A stretch of DNA of 64,000 nucleotides from Myxococcales bacterium (GTDB lineage Bacteria; Myxococcota_A; UBA9042; JABWCM01; BTVJ01). Location of the stretch: the NCBI GenBank assembly GCA_045863395.1, contig BTVJ01000003.1, positions 160,001-224,000 of the forward strand, read 5' to 3'. Below are positions 53,154 to 61,100 of this stretch, in pieces. The translations under genes were made by a program, and so were the position numbers. The notes under the pieces were generated by a model, which saw only the letters and a list, made by a program, of their open reading frames with translations, was not told the origin of the DNA and ran no database searches. The number at the start of each line of letters is the position of its first letter. Positions within the stretch are counted from its first letter, which is position 1.

Positions 53154-54869
53154 GTGAAGTGCCTCATCGAGCTGGGGGACCGGTGCAACGACCGCTGCGC
53201 CTTCTGCGCCGTCGTCGGGGAGCCGCTCCTCGACGAGGAGACCGTCGGGCGCCACATCGACCGGGCCGCCGAGCTCGGGTGCTCCATGGTGGTGCTCGGC
53301 GGTGGGGAGCCCACCATCCGCCCCGATCTGCTGCGCCTGGCGTCCCGGGTCGCCGCCCGCGGCATGGACCTGGGGCTCCACACCAACGGGCGCATGCTCG
53401 CGGTGCCGGGGCTGCTCGAGCGCCTCTGCGCGCGGCGGCTGCGGCACGTCCAGGTGGGCGTACATGGCCTCGGGGCCGCCCACGACGCCATCGTGGGGGA
53501 GATTGCGTTCGCGCAGACCTGGGCGGGGCTCGTCGCCGCCGCCCGCCATGTCGCTGTGGACGTGCGGTGCGTGGTCACGGACCGGAGCGGTGACCTCGGG
53601 GCGCTCGTGCGGGCCGCCGAGGTCGCCGGCGCGCGGGTCACGCTCGCGCCCGTGGAGCCCGTGGGGGCGGCCTCCACCGCGATGCTGCACCCCGTGGAGG
53701 CCGCGCGCCGGATCCGCGAGGCGCTGGAGGGCACGGGCGCCCTGCACGCGGGGGTGCCGCTGTGCCTGCTGCCGGGGCTCGAGCACCGCGGCACCGACGC
53801 GCGTGCGCGCGGGGTCGCCTACGTCGCCCGGCACGAGCTGCGGGCCCTCGCCGAGGATCGCGTCCAGCCGCCGCCATGTACGGACTGCGCGCTGCGTGGC
53901 CGCTGCCCGGGGCTCCACCCCGAGGATCTGCGGCGCTGGGGGGCCGACATGCTCCGGCCCGTGCGCGGCGAGCGCTCCAACTCCTTCCACCTGACGCCCA
54001 GGGGCGAGCTCCCGTGGCCGGATGGCGCGCCCTGCCCGCTGCTGCGACGAGGCGTGGGCGCGCTGGACCCGCTGCGCCAGGCGCTGCTGCGGACAGCAGG
54101 GCGCCTCGTGCTCCACGAGACGCGCACCCGGGACTTCGCTCCAGCGGAGCTGGGTGCCGTCCGCGCCCGCGGGCAGCTCTACCTGGACGCGAGCGACAAG
54201 GAGGCCCCCGACGACTTCGCGACGGACCTGCGCAAGCTGGCCCCCGACCCGGCGTGTCCGCCGTGCCCGCTCCGCTCCGGCTGCCCCGGCGCGTGGTGCG
54301 TCCTCCCCGGCGACGTGTTCGGGCCCGACGACGCGGTGGTGGCGCGGACCGTGGCGTCCCTGCGGGGTGACGTCCTGGACGTGGGGTGCGGCGACGGCCG
54401 CTACGGGGACGCCCTCGCGCCGCTCGTCGCCTCGGGCGCCATCCGCTATCGGGGCCTCGACCCGGACGGCGCGCGCATCGCCGGCCTCCGCGAGCGCTGG
54501 CCATGGGCCACCCTGGAGGTCGCCTGCGCCGAGGACGTGCCCCTGGACCCCGCGAGCCTGGACCACGCCCTGCTCCTGCGGAGCTGGAACCACCTGGCGG
54601 ATCCGCGCGCCGTCGTCGAGCGCCTGCTCGCGGCGCTGCGCCCGGGCGGGACCCTCCTCGTCGCGGACAACGTGGCCTTCGGGCTGCTACGGACCCCAGC
54701 CCAGGCAGCACGGGCGGAGGCCGGAGGCGCCGCCTTCGAGCACTGGCGCAACGACGGTGCGGCGGAGGCGGCGGCGCGCCTCGTGGGGCTCCCCCTGCGA
54801 GAGCTGCTGCGACGCGAGGTCGGCCCCGGGACCAGCAACCAGTGGGTCCTGCGGTGGGAGCGCGCCTGA
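53154..54869 (+). CDS. Radical SAM + two SPASM-like Cys clusters + class I SAM methyltransferase fusion
   Basis: CNDRCAFC, GGEPT, TNG; CTDCALRGRCPG; CPPCPLRSGCPG; VLDVGCGDG..LRPGGTL. Confidence 0.85.
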   Translation: MKCLIELGDRCNDRCAFCAVVGEPLLDEETVGRHIDRAAELGCSMVVLGGGEPTIRPDLLRLASRVAARGMDLGLHTNGRMLAVPGLLERLCARRLRHVQVGVHGLGAAHDAIVGEIAFAQTWAGLVAAARHVAVDVRCVVTDRSGDLGALVRAAEVAGARVTLAPVEPVGAASTAMLHPVEAARRIREALEGTGALHAGVPLCLLPGLEHRGTDARARGVAYVARHELRALAEDRVQPPPCTDCALRGRCPGLHPEDLRRWGADMLRPVRGERSNSFHLTPRGELPWPDGAPCPLLRRGVGALDPLRQALLRTAGRLVLHETRTRDFAPAELGAVRARGQLYLDASDKEAPDDFATDLRKLAPDPACPPCPLRSGCPGAWCVLPGDVFGPDDAVVARTVASLRGDVLDVGCGDGRYGDALAPLVASGAIRYRGLDPDGARIAGLRERWPWATLEVACAEDVPLDPASLDHALLLRSWNHLADPRAVVERLLAALRPGGTLLVADNVAFGLLRTPAQAARAEAGGAAFEHWRNDGAAEAAARLVGLPLRELLRREVGPGTSNQWVLRWERA

Positions 54870-54935
54870 CGCCCACCGCCAGCGCGCTCCGTAGGGGGCG
54901 CGCTCCGAACGCGGGCCACAGCGCCGCGGGTGACG

Positions 54936-56213
54936 CTACCTGCGGCGCCGTCGCAGGCCAAGCCAGGCGGCGAGGAGCGCGATGGCCGCCGGGGCGACGC
55001 CGACCGGGGGCGTGGCGGCACAGCCTGCGGGGGGGGCTCCCCCGCAGTCGCCGGCAGCGCAGGTTGGAGCGCCCGGCCCCGGGGTGTTCGCGGTGCCTGC
55101 GTCGGGTCCCGGCGCAGGGGCGCTCGGCCCATCCCCCTGCGTGTCTGCACCAACCGGACTGGGCGCCGTCACCTGCACGGGGATGATCGCCACCTCGGCG
55201 GGAGGCGTCGCCGAGAACCGGACGACGCGCCGGTCCTGGCCGCTCGGGCTCACGAGCCTCATGTCGTCTGCGACCTCGAGCCGGACGACCTCCCACTGCG
55301 ACGGCACCTCGACCTCGACCTCGAGGGGCACCGGGGCGTCCTGACCCGTGACGCGGAGGTGGATCTCGCCTGGCGGTCCCGGGAGCGGCTCCACGAGCGC
55401 CGCATCCCGGGCGCGCACGTAGTCGGCGACCTCCACGAGCGGCGCGACCCACACCTGGGGTCCCAGGGCGGCCAGGTGGTCGAGGGCGGCCGCGTAGACG
55501 GCCACGGGGACCGGCTCCCACCCCTCCTGGGTTGGGCTGAGCGGCTCGTCCGGGTCGCGCAGGCCGTGCACCCCCACGACCAGCCACGCGCCCTCGTCGA
55601 GGGTGAGGTCGATCCACCCTTGGATCTCGGTGGCCTCCGTGTCGGACAGGGGATGAAGCGACCGCACCAGGAAGAGATCGTCGGGCGAAGGCGGGTTGAG
55701 GTCGGAGAGCCCAGTGCGCGCGGCCTGGTAGCCAGCGGCGGCGACAGCGGCCACGGCGGCGGGGCTGGTCTTCGAGAACGGGAAGGCGAGGCTGCGCCCC
55801 TGCGTCGCCCCGAAGTGCTCGACGATGGCCTCGCGGGAGGTCTGGACCTCCTGCGCAAGCGCCTCGGGAGCCAGGGCGTCGAGCGCGACGTGCGTCACCG
55901 AGTGCGAGCCGATCTCGTGACCGCCGTCGGATAGCGGCCGCCATGCCTCCCACTGGTCCTCGTCGTCGAGCCAGCTCGTCACGACGTAGAAGGTGCCGCG
56001 GAACCCCCGGTCCTCCAGCAGGCGCCGCATGAACACCCGCTGGCTCACGTAGCCGTCGTCCATGGTGATGCTGACGGCCGCCTTGGCTCCGCCCCGCCAG
56101 GGGAGGAGCGTCGTGTCACCGGGCGCCCCACCGGCTGGGCCGGAGGCCATCGAGAGGGCCACCCCCATCGCGGCGCCCAGCGCGGTCCGACGACGTGCTC
56201 CAGCTACTCTCAT
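54936..56213 (-). CDS. Polysaccharide deacetylase (NodB-like) with MYXO-CTERM-like tail
   Basis: SITMDDG, GTFYV, GHEIGSHSVTH, LAFPF; C-terminus GCAAT..IALLAAWLGLRRRRR. Confidence 0.88.
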   Translation of the reverse strand: MRVAGARRRTALGAAMGVALSMASGPAGGAPGDTTLLPWRGGAKAAVSITMDDGYVSQRVFMRRLLEDRGFRGTFYVVTSWLDDEDQWEAWRPLSDGGHEIGSHSVTHVALDALAPEALAQEVQTSREAIVEHFGATQGRSLAFPFSKTSPAAVAAVAAAGYQAARTGLSDLNPPSPDDLFLVRSLHPLSDTEATEIQGWIDLTLDEGAWLVVGVHGLRDPDEPLSPTQEGWEPVPVAVYAAALDHLAALGPQVWVAPLVEVADYVRARDAALVEPLPGPPGEIHLRVTGQDAPVPLEVEVEVPSQWEVVRLEVADDMRLVSPSGQDRRVVRFSATPPAEVAIIPVQVTAPSPVGADTQGDGPSAPAPGPDAGTANTPGPGAPTCAAGDCGGAPPAGCAATPPVGVAPAAIALLAAWLGLRRRRR

Positions 56214-56384
56214 GGGTCGTCTGCTCCTCGCGACGGGTGCCAGCCACTGAGTGGGGAGGCTGCACCCGCGCCGAGCCAGTGTATCGGATGAACGGGCGGG
56301 GATCCTTACGCAGACGTGTGACCGGGAGTGACCGTGACGAGCGGGAAGGCCGGCGGGGCCCGCTGCGTGGCCGCCCGGCGCCCG

Positions 56385-56414
56385 TTGACGCCCGCGGCGA
56401 GTCGGCGCTACGGT
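56385..56414 (+). promoter_or_regulatory. Sigma-70-like promoter upstream of gapN
   Basis: TTGACG-N18-TACGGT. Confidence 0.4.
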
Positions 56415-56455
56415 GGGGACCTCACGCTACCGGCGCCGCCGCCCAAGGAGCACCA

Positions 56456-58069
56456 ATGACCGAGTCCTTCGCAGCCCTGTTCCCCCGCAGCCTGGACGAC
56501 GTCCCCCCAGAGCACCGGCTGGAGCCCATCGAGCAGCGCGAGTGGCTGGTCGGGGGTGAGCTGCGCACCTGGGAGGGGCCCGTGCAGCGGGTCCGGTCCG
56601 TCGTGTGCGCAGGCCCCGACCTCCAGCGCGTCGACCTCGGCAGCACCCCACAGCTTGGGGCGGCCGAGGCCCTCGCCGCGCTGGACGCGGCGGACCGCGC
56701 GTGGGACCTGGGCCGCGGGGCCTGGCCGACCATGCCGGTCGCGGAGCGCATCCGCTGCGTCGAGGAGCTGGCGCGACGTCTCGCCGAGCGGCGGGAGGAG
56801 GTAGCGCGGATCCTGATGTGGGAGGTGGGCAAGGCGTGGACCGACGCGCTCAAGGAGGTGGATCGGACTGTCTCGTATATCCGCGACACGGTCACCGCGC
56901 TCATGGAGCTCGACCGGAGGTCCGCCTGGCCCGTCGTCGAGCAGGGCGTGTTCGGCCAGATCCGGCGCGCGCCGCTCGGGCCGACCCTGTGCATGGGGCC
57001 CTTCAACTACCCCCTCAACGAGACGTTCACGACGCTGGTCCCGGCGCTGATCATGGGGAACCCCGTGATCTTCAAGCCGCCCAAGCTCGGGGTGCTCCTG
57101 CACCGGCCCCTCCTCGAGGCCTTCCGAGACGCCTTCCCGCCGGGGGTCGTCAACACGGTCCATGGGGACGGCTCCACGGTCGTGGGGCCGCTCATGCAGA
57201 GCGGGCGCCTCGCGTGCCTCGCATTCATCGGCTCGAGCCGGGTCGCCGGCATCCTGAAGCACCAGCACCCGAAGCCGCACCGGCTGCGCGCCGTGCTCGG
57301 CCTCGACGCGAAGAACGCCGCCATCGTCCTCCCCGACGCCGACCTGGACCTGACCGCCCGCGAGTGCGTGACCGGCGCGCTGACCTTCAACGGGCAGCGG
57401 TGCACCGCCCTCAAGCTCCTGTTCGTCCACCGGAGCATCGCGGAGCCGCTGCTGGAGCGCATGGCGGCGGGGATCGACGCCCTCCGAGGGGGCATGCCCT
57501 GGGAGCCCGGCGTCGGGATCACGCCGCTCGCCGAGGACGACAAGGCCGCGTGGCTCGGGGAGCTGGTCGCCGAGGCCGTCGCATCTGGCGGTCGCGTCGT
57601 GAACCGGCGCGGCGGGGAGTCGGCGGGCACTTATTTCCAGCCCGCGCTCGTGTGTCCGGTCGCGCCGTCGACCCGGCTCTGGCGGGTGGAGCAGTTCGGG
57701 CCCGTGGTGCCGGTGGTGCCCTATGACGACGTGGAGGAGCCCCTGCGCCACGTCGTCGAGTCTGACTTCGGGCAGCAGGTCAGCCTCTTCGGGCAGGATC
57801 CGGCGACGCTCGGGGCGCTCATCGACCCACTCGTCAACCAGGTCTGCCGCGTCAACCTCAACACGCAATGCCAGCGCGGCCCCGACACCTTCCCATTCAC
57901 CGGGCGCAAGGACTCCGCGGAGGGGACTCTCTCTGTCTCCGATGCGCTTCGTGTATTCTCCATCCGCAGTCTCGTCGCTGCGAGGGCGGACGACGCGGGC
58001 AAGGAGACCGTCCAGCGGATTCTGCGGGCGCGCACGTCGAAGTTCCTGTCGACGGACTTTCTGATGTAG
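56456..58069 (+). CDS. gapN: NADP-dependent non-phosphorylating glyceraldehyde-3-phosphate dehydrogenase (ALDH family)
   Basis: GPFNYPLNE, FIGSS, LGLDAKN, FNGQRCTA, EQFGP, QCQRGPDTFPFTGRKDSAEGTLS; AAGGAG RBS. Confidence 0.85.
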   Translation: MTESFAALFPRSLDDVPPEHRLEPIEQREWLVGGELRTWEGPVQRVRSVVCAGPDLQRVDLGSTPQLGAAEALAALDAADRAWDLGRGAWPTMPVAERIRCVEELARRLAERREEVARILMWEVGKAWTDALKEVDRTVSYIRDTVTALMELDRRSAWPVVEQGVFGQIRRAPLGPTLCMGPFNYPLNETFTTLVPALIMGNPVIFKPPKLGVLLHRPLLEAFRDAFPPGVVNTVHGDGSTVVGPLMQSGRLACLAFIGSSRVAGILKHQHPKPHRLRAVLGLDAKNAAIVLPDADLDLTARECVTGALTFNGQRCTALKLLFVHRSIAEPLLERMAAGIDALRGGMPWEPGVGITPLAEDDKAAWLGELVAEAVASGGRVVNRRGGESAGTYFQPALVCPVAPSTRLWRVEQFGPVVPVVPYDDVEEPLRHVVESDFGQQVSLFGQDPATLGALIDPLVNQVCRVNLNTQCQRGPDTFPFTGRKDSAEGTLSVSDALRVFSIRSLVAARADDAGKETVQRILRARTSKFLSTDFLM

Positions 58070-58122
58070 GTTCGCGCCAGCAGAGTCTCGTGTCGCACCA
58101 GGGGGGGGAGGGGAGACTGGCC

Positions 58123-61100
58123 ATGACGGGGAGCGCGGTGGCAGGTGGCGGGGGCGCGGCGCCGGGGCGCCTCGACGTCGAGGCGGTGCGGTTCGCGGGG
58201 GAGATTGCCTACGCGAGGGCGCTCGAAGAGACGGGTCTGGTGGCAGCCCTCGGAGAACGCCTCGCCACGCCAGACGGAGAGCGGATCCGGCGGACGCTGA
58301 TGGCGCGCTCGCTGCGCCTCACGGAGGGCATGGCGCCCGAGCCCTATGCGGCGGCGAGGTGCTGCGCGGCGCTGTTCGGGATCGACCGACCCATCGAGAT
58401 CTATCAGGCCGCCGGCGAGGAGAACGCGGCCATGCACCTCGTCGACTCGCCCGTCCTGCTGGAGATTCGCGGGCGCCTGCTGTCCCTGCTCGACGAGCCG
58501 GGCCTGGTCTCGGTCATGGGACACGAGCTCGGGCACTACCTGGCGCACGGCCTATGGAATCCCCACCAGGGCGCGGCGTCGTTGGCCAACGGGATCCTCG
58601 CTGGGGGCGACGCGCCGCCGGAGCTGCTCTCTCTGGCCTCGCGCATGAGCATGGCGCGCGAGATCACCGCGGACCGCTTCGGCCTGATGGCTTGCAAGGA
58701 CCTGACCGCCGCGCTGCGCTGCGAGATGGTGGTGACCACCGGGCTCTCGGCCGGGTCCCTCACGTGGGATACGGTCGCCTACCTGGCGCAGTGCCGTGAG
58801 CTGATGGAGGCCACCCTCGCAGAGGGCGGCACGGCCCTCGGCGGCACCCACCCGGAGCACAGCCTGCGGGCCTGGGCGCTGTGGCTCTTCAGCGAGACGG
58901 ACGTGTATGCCCGGTGGGCGGGGACCGGTAGCGGGAGCCGCGCGCTCGCGCAGGTCGACGAGCTGCTGCTCCGGGTGCTGGGGCGCGACGACGTCTCGGT
59001 GGGGACTCCCGCCGCGCTGGAGGAGCCCGTCCGCGAGCTGCACGAGTGCGCCCTGGCGTGCTGCGTTCTGGTGGCGCTCTCGGACGGGGAGCTGCACGAC
59101 ACGGAGGCGGAGGCCATCGAGCGGGTCTTCGCGACGCTGGTGCCCGACTGGCGGCGTTACCTCGACTGGGACATCGCCTGCGAGCGGTTCGCCGAGACCG
59201 CCGTGGTGGTGGCGGCCGCCGGACCCTCGGCCCAGCGCTCGCTGCTCTCCCTCATGGTGCACGTGCTCGGGGCCGACGGCACCGTCGAGAGCCTCGAGCT
59301 GGACGTGGTGTGCGCCATCGGGGACGCCCTCGGGTGCGGGCCCCTGTTCCGGCGGCTGCTCCCGCTGGCCCTGCGTGCCTTGGGGGTGGAGGTGCCGGAC
59401 CTGGAGGGCCGCAAGGCACCCCCCATCCCCATGCCGGCGCGGCGCGACGAGGCGCACGCGGCGCTGGCGGTGTTCTTGGAAGGGGTCGCTCGGCGCGGTG
59501 GGGGAGAGGTCACGTTGCGGCGCCTGCTGCGCCTGCTCGGGGAGCGGCAAGCGAGCGACCAGGCGCTCGCGACGGTGCGATCCGCGCTGCGGCGCGCGGA
59601 CCTGCGCTGCGAGCCGGAGCCGAGCGACCGCCTCGACGAGGTGCTCCGGCTCGACCCCACGCCGGAGGCCAGCGCCCGACGGCACGGGCGGCCTCCGGCG
59701 CCGGTGCTCGGCGCCGACCAGGAGACGCTGCGCCGCGCGCTGCTCCGCCTCCGCGAGAGCCTGGTCTCGGGGGACGGCCGGAGCCCCGCCATCCGGTTGC
59801 GCCAGGCGCGGACCGGGCGGGCCTTCGACCTCCATGACCTCGAAGCGGTCTCGATGGGCCTCTCGGAGCGCGCGCTGGCGCTCGTGCGCGGCGGCAAGGA
59901 GGCCCGGCTCGTCGACGCGGCGGAGGTCGGGCGGCACGATGGGGCGAAGGCGGTCGCCCAGGAGCTGATCGCCATGGAGCGCGAGCACAAGCTGCGATTC
60001 GAGGAGACCGGGGCCCGGGACCTCTACGTGGGCTACCCGTTCCTGGCCGGGCAGGCAGCGGGTTACCTGGTGCGGGCGCCGCTCGTCCTGTACCCCGTGG
60101 AGCTCGTGCGCAGTGATCGTGGGGCCCGGAGCTTCTCGCTGGCGCCGCGGCGCGACGAGCCGCCCATCGCCAACCAGAGCGCCATCCGGCTCCTGTTCTC
60201 CAAGAAGGGCTATGCCCTGCCCGACGATCTGGTGGAGCGGCTCGACGAGCTGGCCGCCGACGGGCCCGAGGCGCTCCTCGGGGAGCTCGCGCGGCTCGGC
60301 GTGAGCCCCCGCGTGCTGACGGGGCAGCTCGGGCCGCTCACGGATCGCCTCACGGAGCTCCTCGCGTGGGCTGCGGACCGCCTGGACGTAGAGGAGGTGG
60401 CCGTGCTGGGGCTGTTCCCCCAGTCGAGCTCCGACCTGCTCCAGGACTACGACAGCCTGCTCGCGGCCCTCGCGGAGGGTGTCCACCCTGGTGAGGCGCT
60501 GGGCTGCGCGGCCGAGCTGCTGCCCGCGGACCTGCGGGAGCGGGTGACCGGTGGCGCGGCGCCCGCCAGCGCGCGCAACGAGCCGCTCACCCCTGTGCTC
60601 TACGCGGACCCGAGCCAGCGGGCGGTGCTGGCGCGGGCGCGGTCCGCCCGTGCGCTGGTAGTGGATGGCCCGCCCGGCACGGGGAAGAGCCAGGTGATCG
60701 TCAACCTCGTCGCCGACGCCGTTGCGCGCGGGGAGCGGGTGGCGGTCGTCTGCGAGAAGCGCGCGGCGCTCGACGTCGTGGTGCAGCGCCTCGAGAAGGT
60801 CGGCCTCCGCCACCTGCTGGGGCTCGTCCACGACGTCCACGACGACCGCCGCGGGCTCTACCGCCAGATCGCAGCGCGCCTGGAGGAGGCCGCGGACCGG
60901 ACCTGGGACCAGGCCGAGGCCGCGCGGCTCACCCAGGAGGCAGACGCCCTGGGCGCGGCCCTGGACCTCCGGTCCGCGGCGCTCGCGCATCGGGCGGGGG
61001 CGCTGTCCGTCGGGGAGCTGCACACGTTTGCGTCGGGGCTCACCGTCACCGGCGGGGGCCCACTGGGCGCCACCGGGGGGCCGAGGGTCGTCGCTCCACC

